From: Deinococcus sp.
GTDB taxonomy: Bacteria > Deinococcota > Deinococci > Deinococcales > Deinococcaceae
Direction: 5' to 3'
DNA: 64,000 bases
Assembly: GCA_965261005.1 (NCBI GenBank)
Contig: OZ253375.1
Coordinates: 224,001 to 288,000 of the forward strand
A program made the translations under genes and the position numbers. Below are positions 1 to 13,285 of this stretch, one piece after another (position 1 is the stretch's first letter; the number at the start of each line of letters is the position of its first letter). The notes beneath the pieces were generated by a model that saw nothing but the letters and a program-made list of their open reading frames with translations, did no database searches and had not been told where the DNA came from.

Positions 1-375
1 GTCGAGCAAGCTGGTCTTGCCGTGATCCACGTGGCCCATAATGGTCACGACTGGGGCGCGGTGGGGCAGTTCTGGGGTGTGCTCAAGAGGAGCGCGCTCG
101 GCGGTGGCCGTCGCCGCTGCCTGCGCCGCTTGGGTCTGGGTCTGGCCGGCTTGGGCGATTTCGGTCTGGGCGGTGTCGCTTTGGGCTTGGGCCGCCGGCT
201 TGCTTCCCCCGCCTTGCTCCTCCGCGACAATGGCCTTGACGGCCTCGACGGTGTCCTCGTCAAGGGTGGACGAGGCGGACTTGTAGCTCACCCCGAGGTC
301 GTTCAAGATTTCGAGCATTCTGGCGCTCTCGACGCCAAGGTCCTTGGCGAGGGAGTAAATTCGTACTTTTGACAT
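1..375 (-). CDS. infB: Translation initiation factor IF-2, N-terminal part (runs off window)
   Basis: ATG at 375 reads MSKVRIYSLAKDLGVE..., the IF2 N-terminal motif; lies downstream of rimP-nusA-ylxR. Confidence 0.9.
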   Translation of the reverse strand, partial: MSKVRIYSLAKDLGVESARMLEILNDLGVSYKSASSTLDEDTVEAVKAIVAEEQGGGSKPAAQAQSDTAQTEIAQAGQTQTQAAQAAATATAERAPLEHTPELPHRAPVVTIMGHVDHGKTSLLD

Positions 376-408
376 GTGTTCCTCCGTGGCTGGCGCCCCA
401 AGGGGCGC

Positions 409-663
409 TTAGTTTGAACGGCTCATATTCGCTTTCTGTTGGTCTTGCAGTTCGGTGCTCACCTGCTGCGCCGAGCCGCCCAGCCGCTTCAGGCGCTTTT
501 CCGCCCAGCACCCGGGCGTGTCCGCGCAGACGTAGGCGCCGCGTCCCGTGCGCGCCCCCGACAGCGCCCGCCACCCCTGCGGCGTGCGGGTCAGGCGCAC
601 AAACTCCCCTTGCGGGCGTTTGCGGCGGCAAGCCACGCAGGTGCGCTCGGGGACGTGCGGCAT
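409..663 (-). CDS. ylxR: YlxR/DUF448 family RNA-binding protein
   Basis: PERTCVACR...GRGAYVC motifs; located between nusA and infB. Confidence 0.9.
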   Translation of the reverse strand: MPHVPERTCVACRRKRPQGEFVRLTRTPQGWRALSGARTGRGAYVCADTPGCWAEKRLKRLGGSAQQVSTELQDQQKANMSRSN

Positions 664-666
664 AGG

Positions 667-1860
<1,194 letters not shown>

Positions 1861-1880
1861 CTCACGTCCTCTCTGAAAGT

Positions 1881-1917
1881 ACCCCTCACCCCGGCCCTCT
1901 CGCGCAAGGGGAGAGGA
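1881..1917. repeat. REP-like palindromic repeat (CCCTCACCCCGGCCCTCTC...GGGAGAGG type)
   Basis: Imperfect CCTCTC/GAGAGG hairpin preceded by CCCTCACCCC; related copy at 41670-41705. Confidence 0.6.
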
Positions 1918-1931
1918 AGAAGGCCAATCCC

Positions 1932-2378
1932 TCACCTGTGTTCGGGCGGAAACTCGGCCAAGTTGGCCTGGAACTCACCCAGGTGCAGGGTGACGCTTTC
2001 GCCGTCCAGGTCAAAGGTCACCTGCTCGCCGTCCACGCCATGAATCGGGGCCGTGAAGCTGCGCCCCGGCGCGCGCACCTTTGCCTTCAGACCCAGCATG
2101 CGCTCGAAGTGCCGCCCCCGGAGGAGGGGCCGCTTGCTCCCCGGCGACTCCAGTTCCAGGCGGTACTCGCCCGGAATCGGGTCAAGCCGGTCGAGGTCCG
2201 CCGACAAGGTCTCGCTGGCGCCCTGCAAGTCCGCGACGGTCACGGGCTGCTCGTCGAGCCGGTCGATGCGGATGAGCAGCGTGGGCCGCTTGCCCGGATT
2301 CTGAAGCTGCACTTCCAGTACCTCCAAACCCAGCGGCGCCAAGGCTTGCGCGGCGATCTGTTCCAAATTGTGCGTCAT
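1932..2378 (-). CDS. rimP: Ribosome maturation factor RimP
   Basis: LDRLDPIPGEYRLELESPG motif; first gene of nusA operon. Confidence 0.93.
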   Translation of the reverse strand: MTHNLEQIAAQALAPLGLEVLEVQLQNPGKRPTLLIRIDRLDEQPVTVADLQGASETLSADLDRLDPIPGEYRLELESPGSKRPLLRGRHFERMLGLKAKVRAPGRSFTAPIHGVDGEQVTFDLDGESVTLHLGEFQANLAEFPPEHR

Positions 2379-2484
2379 AGGCTGGGGCGCGCGGATGTCT
2401 CCCGCGTGGCCCGTCCTCACCCCCTTCAATTCCCCCGTGAAGCTTCGGGCCGTACCCGGCTTCACGACCCGAACCTCACAAAGC

Positions 2485-2508
2485 GGGGGTGGGCACCCGC
2501 CCACCCCC
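2485..2508 (-). promoter_or_regulatory. rimP leader hairpin
   Basis: Perfect stem GGGGGTGGGC-ACCC-GCCCACCCCC in the rimP 5' region, where the conserved rimP leader occurs. Confidence 0.55.
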
Positions 2509-2578
2509 CAGTTCGAGGAACTGCTTCATAAATATAGCTCAAAGCCGCGCGCCGAGCGAGAGCCGGGCACGTTTTACC

Positions 2579-3166
2579 CTAGCGGTGCGCCTCGATCACG
2601 ATGGCGCCCTCTTGCAGCCGGGCGATCTCGGCCGCGCCCTCGGCGATTTTGCGCATGCCGTGCATGGCGTTGTCCTGCGGCGTGCGCGCCATGGCGTCGC
2701 CGAGGCGAATCTGCGGCGAGGCGATGGGCCGCGCCCACACGATGGCGCCCTCGTTGCCGCCCGCGCCCGCGTGGACCACGCCGCGCAGGGCGCCCATCAC
2801 GATCACGTCGCCGCCAGCCACGATCTCGGCGCCGGGGTTCACGTCGCCCAGGATGACCACGCTGCCCTTGTACTCGCCGCGAAAGCCGGCGCGCACACTG
2901 TGCGGCACGATCACGGTGCGGGCCTCGTCGCCGCCGGGCAAGCTGGGGCGCTCGCCGCGCACGTAGCGCACCTCGCCGCTCGCCGCCCGGATCCCTTGCA
3001 CGGCCGCCTCGAAGACCTCCGCCCCGACTTGCTCAGCCACTTGCAGGGTGACGACGTTTTCCATCAGCAGCTCGCGCTTGCTGAGCAATCCCTGCTCCAC
3101 GCTGGGCGCCGTGTCGCCCGGCTCGATCAGCAGGTTCAGGCCGCCCAGCGTGCCGCGCAGTTTCAC
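2579..3166 (-). CDS. minC: Septum site-determining protein MinC
   Basis: VILGDVNPGAEIVAGGDVIVMGALRGVVHAG MinC C-terminal motif; GTG start inferred. Confidence 0.9.
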   Translation of the reverse strand: MKLRGTLGGLNLLIEPGDTAPSVEQGLLSKRELLMENVVTLQVAEQVGAEVFEAAVQGIRAASGEVRYVRGERPSLPGGDEARTVIVPHSVRAGFRGEYKGSVVILGDVNPGAEIVAGGDVIVMGALRGVVHAGAGGNEGAIVWARPIASPQIRLGDAMARTPQDNAMHGMRKIAEGAAEIARLQEGAIVIEAHR

Positions 3167-3266
3167 AATGCTCACTGTAGCAGCCCTGCCCGCGCCGCGC
3201 CAAAGGGGCGCCTTTTCGGCGGCGATGGTGTAGCATGGTTCGGTATGCAAAACAGGGAGACGTTTC

Positions 3267-3647
3267 TTGGTGCAGCTTGATTCCGGCGCGGTGGTCGAGG
3301 GCAAGGTCACGCGGCTGACCGACTTCGGCGCCTTTATTCAGTTCGAGAACGGCGAGACCGGCTTGGTCCACATCTCGCAGATCGCGCACAGCTTCGTGCG
3401 CTCGGTCGCCGAACACCTTCAGGAAGGCCAGATGGTCGAGGTCAAGGTGCTCGGCCGCGACGAAAAGGGCCGCCTCGACCTTTCGATCAAAGAACTGCTG
3501 GAGGAGCCGGAGGAGATTCCGCGCCCGCGCGCCATCGGGCGGCAATCTCCGCAGTTCGAGAACAAGCTGCGCTCCTTTATGCGCGACGCCAAGGAGCGCA
3601 CCGGCGGCGGCGACAAAAAGGGCGGCAAGAAGGGCAGCCGGAAGTAG
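3267..3647 (+). CDS. S1 RNA-binding domain protein
   Basis: VEGKVTRLTDFGAFI...GLVHISQI S1 motif; YabR/YugI-like C-terminus. Confidence 0.9.
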   Translation: MVQLDSGAVVEGKVTRLTDFGAFIQFENGETGLVHISQIAHSFVRSVAEHLQEGQMVEVKVLGRDEKGRLDLSIKELLEEPEEIPRPRAIGRQSPQFENKLRSFMRDAKERTGGGDKKGGKKGSRK

Positions 3648-3656
3648 GCCCGCGAG

Positions 3657-3693
3657 AAGGGTGGGAAGGTGCTTCGGCGCCTTCCCACCTTTT

Positions 3694-3695
<2 letters not shown>
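3657..3695 (+). terminator. Intrinsic terminator
   Basis: GGTGGGAAGG/CCTTCCCACC stem, cTTCGg loop, T-run; lies between convergent genes. Confidence 0.85.
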
Positions 3696-4239
<544 letters not shown>

Positions 4240-4293
4240 GGGCGAATGCTACACCGCCCGGCCCTGTGCGGGACGGCGCTTTATACTTCACGC

Positions 4294-5061
4294 ATGCCGT
4301 TATCAGCCGTGCCAGGGGTTCTCGGCCGGATCGTGCGCGAGCGGCAGGCGGATTACCAAGGCGCCGTCTTCGTGCCCGCGCCGCGTCCGCGCCATCGCCG
4401 CTTTCTTGAGGCCCTCTCTGCCCCCGGCCTCTCCCTGATCGCCGAGGTCAAGGGCGCCAGTCCCAGCCAAGGATTTATCGCCGCCCTCGATCCCGCACAG
4501 GCGGCCCTCGCCTACGCGCGCGGCGGGGCCGCCGCCGTGTCGGTCCTGACCGAGCCGCGCCACTTCGGCGGCTCTGAGGAGGCTCTGACTCAGGTGGTCA
4601 CGGTCTCGCCCGTGCCCGCCCTGCGCAAGGACTTCGTGGTCCACCCTGCCATGCTGGCCGAGGCGGCGGCTTGGGGCGCCTCGGCGGCCTTACTCATGGT
4701 GTCGGTGCTGGGCGGGGAGACCGGCGAGTATCTGCGGACGGTGCACGACCTCGGCCTCGACGCCTTGGTGGAGGTCCACGACGAGCGCGAGCTGGATGTG
4801 GCTTTGGAGGCCGGCGCCGAAATTGTCGGCGTGAACAACCGCGATTTGACCACGCTTCAGATTGACCTCGCCACCGCGCCGCGCCTGCTGCGGCTCGCCC
4901 GCGAGCGCGGCTTCGCCGGCGTTCTGGTCGCCGAGAGCGGCTACCGACGGGCGGCGGATTTGTTGAACGTCCGCGACCTCGCCGACGCGGTGCTGGTCGG
5001 CAGCGCGCTGGCGGCCTCGGGCGACCTCACGCGGGCGGCGCGGGACATGCTCGGTGCCTGA
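4294..5061 (+). CDS. trpC: Indole-3-glycerol phosphate synthase
   Basis: [31 protein letters not shown] motifs. Confidence 0.95.
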   Translation: MPLSAVPGVLGRIVRERQADYQGAVFVPAPRPRHRRFLEALSAPGLSLIAEVKGASPSQGFIAALDPAQAALAYARGGAAAVSVLTEPRHFGGSEEALTQVVTVSPVPALRKDFVVHPAMLAEAAAWGASAALLMVSVLGGETGEYLRTVHDLGLDALVEVHDERELDVALEAGAEIVGVNNRDLTTLQIDLATAPRLLRLARERGFAGVLVAESGYRRAADLLNVRDLADAVLVGSALAASGDLTRAARDMLGA

Positions 5062-5070
5062 GTTCGCTGC

Positions 5071-5919
5071 GTGAGCGCGCCGCCTGACCGCCGTCCGGCG
5101 TGGCGCCGGAAGCTGGGCGACGTCATCTTCGGCTTGGAGACGCCCGCCGCCCGCCTGTATGACGTCGCCCTGATCTGGCTGATCCTCGCCAGCGTGGCCG
5201 CCGTGATGCTCGAAACCGTGCCGAGCGTAAACCGCGCGTTCGGGCCGCTGCTGCGCGATGTGGAGTGGGCCTTTACGGCCATCTTCACCCTCGACTACGC
5301 GCTCAGACTGCTGGGCGCCCGCCGGCCCCGGCGCTACGCGGGCAGCTTTTACGGCGTGGTGGACTTGCTCTCGATTCTGCCGTCGTACCTCAGCCTGTTT
5401 CTGGTGGGGGGCCAGTATTTGCTGATCATCCGGGCGTTGCGCCTGCTGCGCATGTTCCGGGTGTTCAAGCTGCTGCGCTACCTGTCCGAGGCCAACGTTC
5501 TCGGCGAGGCGCTGCGCGAGAGCCAAGCCAAGATCACGGTCTTTTTTCTCTCGGTGCTGACCCTGGTCACCATTTTCGGCACGCTGCTGTATCTGATCGA
5601 GGGACCGGATAACGGCTTCACGTCCATTCCCCTGAGCATCTACTGGGCGGTCGTGACCATTGCCACCGTGGGCTACGGCGACATCGTGCCACAAACCGGC
5701 CTCGGCAAGTTCGTGGCGACCATTGCTATGCTGCTGGGCTACGCCATTATCGCCGTCCCGACCGGCATCGTGACCGTCAGCCTCACGCAGGTCCAGCGCC
5801 GCCGCGAGGACCGCACCTGTAGGAACTGCGGCCTGCACGGCCACGACGCCGACGCCCAGCATTGCAAGCGCTGTGGCGTAGAGCTGCCGCCCCAAGTAGA
5901 GGCGCCTGCAACGGCGTAG
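5071..5919 (+). CDS. Voltage-gated K+ channel / ion transporter
   Basis: TM helices, S4-like RALRLLRMFRVFK, TVGYGD selectivity filter, C-terminal CxxC..CxxC. Confidence 0.9.
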   Translation: MSAPPDRRPAWRRKLGDVIFGLETPAARLYDVALIWLILASVAAVMLETVPSVNRAFGPLLRDVEWAFTAIFTLDYALRLLGARRPRRYAGSFYGVVDLLSILPSYLSLFLVGGQYLLIIRALRLLRMFRVFKLLRYLSEANVLGEALRESQAKITVFFLSVLTLVTIFGTLLYLIEGPDNGFTSIPLSIYWAVVTIATVGYGDIVPQTGLGKFVATIAMLLGYAIIAVPTGIVTVSLTQVQRRREDRTCRNCGLHGHDADAQHCKRCGVELPPQVEAPATA

Positions 5920-5922
5920 CGC

Positions 5923-6705
5923 TCAAACCCGCCGGCGCCACATCAAGAGAATCAGAATCAGCGTGAAGGCGCTCAGGCTCAGCACCGGAATGGTGAACAC
6001 GCCCAGGTAGTTGACCCACTCGGTCGTGCAGGACACGCCGCCCACGACGCTACAGGTGCCCAGCGGCGCGAAGCCGAACTTCTCCTCGGCGACATGGTAC
6101 ACCGCGACCAGCCAGCCTGCACCGGCCAGCGGCAGCGCGAAGCGCCGCACGGCCTCCTGACCGCGCCACGCGCCCAGGCCCAGAAGCAGCGCCAGCGGAT
6201 ACATGGCGCTGCGCTGATACCAGCAGAGGGTGCAGGGGACGAAGTGCCGCACCTCGCTGAAGTAAAGGCTGCCCAGCGTGGCGATCAGGGCGACGGCGGC
6301 GGCGGCCAGCAGACCGGGGGAGGGCGCGGCGCGCGTGACCAGGGTTCTCGGGATGGCCCACACCAAGCCGAACGCGATCAGGTTGGCGATGAGCGCCACG
6401 GCCGCGTACAGGCCCTGGTACGGCACCAAGTCGGCGTTGGGGGTGCCCAGGATGACGCGCAGGGCGGCCAAAACACTCCCGATTCCCAGCACTGAGAGGG
6501 CGTAAGGGCGCACCCGCGCGTCGCCCAGGTACGCCGCCACGCCCAGCACCACCGCCAGGCTCGCCAGCGGCATCACCGCGAACCAGGCCAGCTTGTCGGG
6601 CACGGCGCCGAGAAAGTAGAGGCCCACGGTCGCCAGCGTGACGGCCAGCCAGGCCAGGTACAGCGCGGTGCTGGACTGGGTGGCGCCTTCCTGAAGCGTG
6701 CTCAC
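5923..6705 (-). CDS. dsbB: Disulfide bond formation protein B (BdbC-like) with degenerate N-terminal duplicate domain
   Basis: LYFSEVRHFVPCTLCWYQR motif; second Cys pair; adjacent to DsbA. Confidence 0.85.
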   Translation of the reverse strand: MSTLQEGATQSSTALYLAWLAVTLATVGLYFLGAVPDKLAWFAVMPLASLAVVLGVAAYLGDARVRPYALSVLGIGSVLAALRVILGTPNADLVPYQGLYAAVALIANLIAFGLVWAIPRTLVTRAAPSPGLLAAAAVALIATLGSLYFSEVRHFVPCTLCWYQRSAMYPLALLLGLGAWRGQEAVRRFALPLAGAGWLVAVYHVAEEKFGFAPLGTCSVVGGVSCTTEWVNYLGVFTIPVLSLSAFTLILILLMWRRRV

Positions 6706-7367
6706 TTCAGGGCGGCGTCAATGGCGGCGGAGAGGCTTGGGTAATCGGGACTCTCGACTCGCTGGCCGTTTACAAAGACGTTGGGCGTGCTGTTGACGCC
6801 CGCCTTCATGCCAACGGCTCGGTCTGCGTCCACGCGGGCGCGGGTGTCGTTGCCATTCAGACAGGTTCCCAGCTTATTTGTGTCAATCCCATCCACCAAT
6901 CCGGCCAGTTCGGTCAGGTAGGCTGGCGTGGCCCAAGTGGTGGTTTCATCCTTTTGGCCGCGAAATAAAACGTCCTTGTAGCGCCAAAACAAGTCAGGGC
7001 TTTGGGTATACACGCACTCTGCCGCTACGGCAGCGGTGTAGGAGTCTTCGCCCAACGGCAAGGGAAAGTTGAAAAAGGCGTAGCGGATCTTGCCCGTGTC
7101 AATGTAGTTCTGCTTGACTTGTGGGAAAACGGTCTCGTCATAGCGCTTGCAGTTGGGACACTTGAAGTCTTCGAAAGTCACAACCGTCACCTTGGCGCCC
7201 GCCGGCCCCACAGTTGGTCGCCCTGTCAAATCAAAGGTGGTCGCGCTCGCGGACACGGTGTTCACCCGGTTGCGCTGCCACACGGCCAGGGCGATCACGG
7301 CGATGACCAGCACGGCGATGGTGATGGGCACCAGCAGGTTGTTGCGTTTGGGATTGAGCCTTGTCAT
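6702..7367 (-). CDS. dsbA: DsbA/BdbD family thiol-disulfide oxidoreductase
   Basis: N-terminal TM anchor, FEDFKCPNCK, GVNSTP cis-Pro. Confidence 0.85.
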   Translation of the reverse strand: MTRLNPKRNNLLVPITIAVLVIAVIALAVWQRNRVNTVSASATTFDLTGRPTVGPAGAKVTVVTFEDFKCPNCKRYDETVFPQVKQNYIDTGKIRYAFFNFPLPLGEDSYTAAVAAECVYTQSPDLFWRYKDVLFRGQKDETTTWATPAYLTELAGLVDGIDTNKLGTCLNGNDTRARVDADRAVGMKAGVNSTPNVFVNGQRVESPDYPSLSAAIDAALK

Positions 7368-7398
7368 GTCACCTCATCTTAACGAAAAGCGTGTGAGC

Positions 7399-7917
7399 TT
7401 AAGCCGTCACGTTGCGGCGCGCGGCGAACCAAAGTACCCGTCTCAGCAGCGACAGCAGGACGCCCAGCACGGCGGGCCACGCCGCCCAGGTCAGGAAAGT
7501 CGCGCTTTCCGGCAGCGTGACGGTGGCGTCGAGCCGGTGGCCGAACGAGCGCGCCAAAACAATCGGGGCGGCGTAGGCCAGCAGCGAGAGCGGCAAGCCA
7601 ATCAGGCCGCCCGCGTGCTTGACCAGCAGCAGCGCGATCAGGGCGGACAGGATCAGCGGGTAGACCACGGTCCACTCCGGCGGGGCGGGCACGGCGCTGT
7701 ACCGCTCACCCAGCAGCGGCGTCAAGAACGGCGCCCCGCCCGCCAGCGCGCCCACGTAGCCGAACCAGCCACCCACCTCGTCGAGCAGCAGCGTCAGCAG
7801 CACCCACAGCCCCAGCTTTTGCCACCACGGGAAGTCGCTGAGCAGCGCCAGCACCATGACGGCCAGCAGCAGCAGCCCCAGCAGCCAGGCCAGCAGGGCG
7901 CGCCGCGATTCGGTCAT
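7399..7917 (-). CDS. Hypothetical integral membrane protein
   Basis: Multiple hydrophobic helices, host-like codon usage, co-oriented with uvrA and dsbA. Confidence 0.7.
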   Translation of the reverse strand: MTESRRALLAWLLGLLLLAVMVLALLSDFPWWQKLGLWVLLTLLLDEVGGWFGYVGALAGGAPFLTPLLGERYSAVPAPPEWTVVYPLILSALIALLLVKHAGGLIGLPLSLLAYAAPIVLARSFGHRLDATVTLPESATFLTWAAWPAVLGVLLSLLRRVLWFAARRNVTA

Positions 7918-8050
7918 ATCAATTCCGATTGAATCCTGCGCTCTTCAGGATTCAATCCGAGTGGAACGAGCAGGAACAAGAGGGGAATTCCGGGCGTGAA
8001 GTGGGGCATGGGTGCCTTCCCCGTGCTCCACGAAGCAGACGGAATGCCCC
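7917..8050 (+). repeat. Small MITE-like repeat (SRE/SNR-like), degenerate copy
   Basis: TATCAATTCCG...CGGAATGCCCC ends, internal hairpin GATTGAATCCTG/CAGGATTCAATC, flanked by TCA direct repeats; similar to 31214-31346. Confidence 0.75.
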
Positions 8051-11050
8051 TCACCCGGCCACCCGTTCGCGCTTTTGGCGTGCTGGCTTCTTGGCTTCCG
8101 GCAAAACAGTTTCCTGGTTCGCCGCCACGATGCCCGGCACCCGCCGCAGGTAGGCGCCGGTGTGGCTGCTTTCGTGGCCGGCCACCTGCTCGGGCGTGCC
8201 CACGGTCACGACCTCGCCGCCGCGAATGCCCCCCTCCGGCCCCAGGTCGATCACCCAGTCGGCGGTCTTGATCACGTCGAGGTTGTGCTCGATCACCAGC
8301 AGCGTGTTGCCGGCCTCCACCAAACGTTCCAGCACGCCCAGCAGGCGGCGCACGTCCTCGAAGTGCAGCCCGGTGGTCGGCTCGTCGAGGATGTAGATGG
8401 TCTTGCCGGTGGCGCGTTTGGACAGCTCCGAGGCCAGCTTGATGCGCTGCGCCTCGCCGCCGGACAGGGTGGTGCTGGGCTGGCCGACCTTCATGTAGCC
8501 CAGGCCCACGTCGCACAGCAGTTGCAGCTTGCGCTCGATGTTGGGGATGTTCTCGAAAAAGGCGTGCGCCGCCTCTACGGTCATGTCCAGCACGTCGGCG
8601 ATGCTCTTGGCGTTGTACTTGACCTCCAGCGTCTCGCGGTTGTAGCGCGCCCCCTTGCACACCTCGCACGGCACGTAGATGTCGGGCAAAAAGTTCATCT
8701 CGATCTTCATGACGCCGTCGCCCTTGCAGTGTTCGCAGCGCCCGCCCTTGACGTTGAAGGAGAATCTCCCCGCCTGATAGCCGCGCCGCCGCGCCTCACC
8801 CGTGCGGGTGAAGAGGTCGCGCACCTCGGTGAAGATGCCGGTGTAGGTGGCCGGGTTGCTTCTGGGCGTGCGCCCGATGGGGCTTTGGTCGATCTCGATG
8901 ACCTTGTCGAGGTGCTCCACGCCGTCGAGGCCGTCGAACTTGCCGGGACTGGTCTTGGCGCGGTTGAGTTCGCGCGCCAGGGTGGCGTGCAGGATGTCGT
9001 GGATCAGGGTGGACTTCCCCGACCCCGACGGGCCGGTCACGACCGTCATGGTGCCGAGGGGAATCTCAACGGTCACGTTCCGCAGGTTGTGCTCGCGCGC
9101 CCCGCGCACCCGCAGCTTCTTGCCGTTGCCGCGCCGCCGCACGCCCGGCACCTCGATTTTCAGCTCGCCGCGCAGGTACTTGCCGGTCAGGCTGTCGGGG
9201 TTGGCGGCGATCTCGGCGGGGGTGCCGACCGCCACCACCTCGCCGCCGTGGACGCCCGCTCCCGGTCCCATGTCCACCACGTAGTCGGACTCCAGCATGG
9301 TGTCCTCGTCGTGCTCGACCACCAGCAGGGTGTTGCCGAGGTCGCGCAAATGTTTGAGGGTCTGGATCAAGCGCCCGTTGTCCTTGGGGTGCAGCCCGAT
9401 GGAGGGTTCGTCGAGGACGTACAAGACGCCCGTCAGGCCGCTACCGACCTGAGTGGCGAGGCGGATGCGCTGTGCCTCGCCGCCCGACAAGGTGTTGGCC
9501 GTGCGGTCGAGCGACAGGTAATCCAGGCCCACGTCCACCAAAAACTTCAGCCGGGTCCGCACCGCCCGCAGAATGGGCGCCGCCACCGCGCTGCCGAAGC
9601 CGCCGAGTTGGTAGTCGTACTGCCGTGGTGGGGCGACCTTGCTGCTGCCGCCCAGGCTGCCCGCCACGTAGCCGGCCACGTCCTCCGGGCCGACGGTGCC
9701 TTCTTGCAGCTTGGCGAAGTAGGCGTCCGCCTCCAGCACGCTCATGTGGCTGGCCTGCGCGATGTTGGCGCCGCCCACGCGCACCGCCAGAATTTCGGGC
9801 TTGTACCTGGTGCCGCCGCAGGTGGGGCACTCCACCAGCTCCATCAGCTCTTCCATCTTCTCGCGCATGTAGTCCGACTCGGTCTCGGCGTAGCGCCGCT
9901 CCAGGTTGGGCAGCACCCCTTCGTACTCGGTCGTGAAGCGCATGGTCTCGCGCCCGCCGCGCCGGTAGACCACCTCGAACGGCTCCCCCAGACCGCGCAG
10001 GATGACCTCCTGGACCTGGGACGGCAGCTCGCGCCACGGCGTCTTGAGGTCGAAGCCGAGGTGCTCCGACAGCGCGCGCAGCTTGTCCCAGTAGTACACG
10101 CCGCCGCCGGTGCCCTTCTTGCTCCAGGGCAGGATGGCGCCCTCGGCGATGGACAGGTTGTCGTCGATGACGGCGTCCGCCGAGAACTCCAGCTTGCTGC
10201 CCAGGCCGGCGCAGTCCGGGCAGGCGCCGTAGGGGTTATTGAAGGAGAACGAGCGCGGCTCCAATTCCTCCAGCACGCTGCCGTGCTCGGGGCAGGCGAA
10301 CTTCTCGGAGTACAGCTCCTCGGCGCCGGTATCGGGAAACAGCACCCGCAGCAGCCCCTCGCCGCGCCTGAGGCCGAGTTCCACGCTCTCGGCGACGCGG
10401 CCCCGGTCCTCCTCCTTGAGAGAGACGCGGTCGATCACCACGTCCACGTCGTGCTTCTCGAACTTTTCCAGCTTGAGCTTCTCGGCCTCGTCGAGGTCGT
10501 AGATGGCGCCGTCCACCCGCGCCCGCGCGAACCCCTCGCGCTTCAGGTCCCCCATCAGCTTGCGGTACTCCCCCTTGCGCCCGCGCACCACCGGGGCCAG
10601 CAGGATGGCGCGCTGGCCCTCGAAGGTAGTCACCAGCTTGTCGGTGATCTCGGACGCGCTTTGGCGCTCGATCTTGCGCCCGCAGATGGGGCAGTACGGC
10701 GTGCCCACCCGGGCGTACAAGAGGCGCAGGTAGTCGTGAATTTCGGTGACGGTGCCGACCGTGCTGCGCGGGTTGTGGCTGGTCGTCTTTTGGTCAATCG
10801 AGATGGCAGGAGACAGCCCTTCGATGGCGTCCACATCGGGCTTCTCCATCAGGCCCAGGAACTGGCGCGCGTAGGCCGACAAGCTCTCCACGTAGCGGCG
10901 CTGCCCTTCGGCGTAGATGGTGTCAAAGGCGAGCGTGCTCTTGCCCGACCCCGACACCCCGGTGATCACCACAAATTTGTTGCGCGGCAGCTCGACGGTC
11001 ACGTCCTTGAGGTTGTGTTCCCGCGCCCCGCGTACGACGATGTTGTTCAA
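8051..11050 (-). CDS. uvrA: Excinuclease ABC subunit UvrA
   Basis: Two ABC ATPase modules ([17 protein letters not shown]), zinc fingers; TTG start at [13 protein letters not shown]. Confidence 0.98.
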   Translation of the reverse strand: MNNIVVRGAREHNLKDVTVELPRNKFVVITGVSGSGKSTLAFDTIYAEGQRRYVESLSAYARQFLGLMEKPDVDAIEGLSPAISIDQKTTSHNPRSTVGTVTEIHDYLRLLYARVGTPYCPICGRKIERQSASEITDKLVTTFEGQRAILLAPVVRGRKGEYRKLMGDLKREGFARARVDGAIYDLDEAEKLKLEKFEKHDVDVVIDRVSLKEEDRGRVAESVELGLRRGEGLLRVLFPDTGAEELYSEKFACPEHGSVLEELEPRSFSFNNPYGACPDCAGLGSKLEFSADAVIDDNLSIAEGAILPWSKKGTGGGVYYWDKLRALSEHLGFDLKTPWRELPSQVQEVILRGLGEPFEVVYRRGGRETMRFTTEYEGVLPNLERRYAETESDYMREKMEELMELVECPTCGGTRYKPEILAVRVGGANIAQASHMSVLEADAYFAKLQEGTVGPEDVAGYVAGSLGGSSKVAPPRQYDYQLGGFGSAVAAPILRAVRTRLKFLVDVGLDYLSLDRTANTLSGGEAQRIRLATQVGSGLTGVLYVLDEPSIGLHPKDNGRLIQTLKHLRDLGNTLLVVEHDEDTMLESDYVVDMGPGAGVHGGEVVAVGTPAEIAANPDSLTGKYLRGELKIEVPGVRRRGNGKKLRVRGAREHNLRNVTVEIPLGTMTVVTGPSGSGKSTLIHDILHATLARELNRAKTSPGKFDGLDGVEHLDKVIEIDQSPIGRTPRSNPATYTGIFTEVRDLFTRTGEARRRGYQAGRFSFNVKGGRCEHCKGDGVMKIEMNFLPDIYVPCEVCKGARYNRETLEVKYNAKSIADVLDMTVEAAHAFFENIPNIERKLQLLCDVGLGYMKVGQPSTTLSGGEAQRIKLASELSKRATGKTIYILDEPTTGLHFEDVRRLLGVLERLVEAGNTLLVIEHNLDVIKTADWVIDLGPEGGIRGGEVVTVGTPEQVAGHESSHTGAYLRRVPGIVAANQETVLPEAKKPARQKRERVAG

Positions 11051-11090
11051 GGTTGCCCCTTTTCCCGTGCCCCTACCTCTGCTGACATTG

Positions 11091-11107
11091 CTACGCCGGA
11101 AACAGAA
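11091..11107. promoter_or_regulatory. RDRM-like (DdrO) operator upstream of uvrA
   Basis: 17-bp imperfect palindrome, TTCTGTTTCCGGCGTAG on the minus strand, fitting TTMYGY-N5-RCRKAR; 40 nt upstream of uvrA. Confidence 0.7.
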
Positions 11108-11232
11108 TCCCGGCCCGGTCTTTTCAACGTGACATTCTATCACCGCTTGGCGGCTGGGGTTTGCAACCGAGTCGAGATGTCAAAGGCGCCCCCCGCGCTT
11201 TTCTCCTGATCTCCCCGCTCTAGACTGCCCCT

Positions 11233-12465
<1,233 letters not shown>

Positions 12466-12511
12466 CTTCGGCCGCCCCGCCCCTTTTCCCCGCGTGCTAG
12501 CCTGACCCCCT

Positions 12512-13276
12512 ATGGGCCGCATTATCCTCAAGAACCCGCGCGAGATCGAGGCGCTGCGAAAGGCGAACCACCTGGTCGCCGAGACCTTCAAGATGCTGGA
12601 GCCGCACGTCAAGCCAGGGGCCAGCCTCGCCGACCTGGACGCCACCGCCGAGGACTTCATCCGCGCGCACGGGGCCGTTCCCGCCTACAAGGGGTACGCG
12701 CCGCAGGGGGTGCCCTTTCCCGGCACCATCTGCGCCTCGGTGAACGAGGTGATTTGCCACGGCATTCCGGGCGGGCGCAAGCTGCGCGAGGGGGACATCG
12801 TGGGCGTGGACATCGGCGTGAACTTGGACGGCTTTTACGGCGATGCCTGTTACACCTACATGGTGGGCCACGTGACGCCGCAGGTCAAAAAATTGGTGGA
12901 CACCACCCGCGAGTGCCTGGAGGCGGGCCTGGCCGCCGTGCAGCCCGGCGGAAGACTTCGCGACATCGGCGCGGCGATTCAGACCCTGGCCGAGTCGCGC
13001 GGCCTGAGCGTGGTGCGCGAGTACACCGGCCACGGCGTCGGCCGCAAGCTGCACGAGGAGGAGCCGACCGTCTACCATTGGCGCGCGCCCGGCCCAAACC
13101 CCAAGATCGTGCCCGGCATGGTCTTCACGGTGGAGCCGATGATCAACCTGGGCGTTCCCGAGACCCGCCTGCTGGGGGACCACTGGACCGTCGTGACCGC
13201 CGACGGTAAACCCAGCGCCCAGTTCGAACACACGATAGCGGTGACGGAGGCGGGCTACGACGTTTTGAGCGTGTAA
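12512..13276 (+). CDS. map: Type I methionyl aminopeptidase
   Basis: CASVNEVICHGIP, GHGVG..HEE, TVEPMIN, SAQFEHT. Confidence 0.97.
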   Translation: MGRIILKNPREIEALRKANHLVAETFKMLEPHVKPGASLADLDATAEDFIRAHGAVPAYKGYAPQGVPFPGTICASVNEVICHGIPGGRKLREGDIVGVDIGVNLDGFYGDACYTYMVGHVTPQVKKLVDTTRECLEAGLAAVQPGGRLRDIGAAIQTLAESRGLSVVREYTGHGVGRKLHEEEPTVYHWRAPGPNPKIVPGMVFTVEPMINLGVPETRLLGDHWTVVTADGKPSAQFEHTIAVTEAGYDVLSV

Positions 13277-13285
13277 AATGTAGGA

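Noticed and set aside
8012..11209. Long antisense ORFs (also 439-2043, 51322-52950, 59200-61209 and others)
   Set aside because: Shadow ORFs opposite well-supported genes, expected from high-GC codon bias
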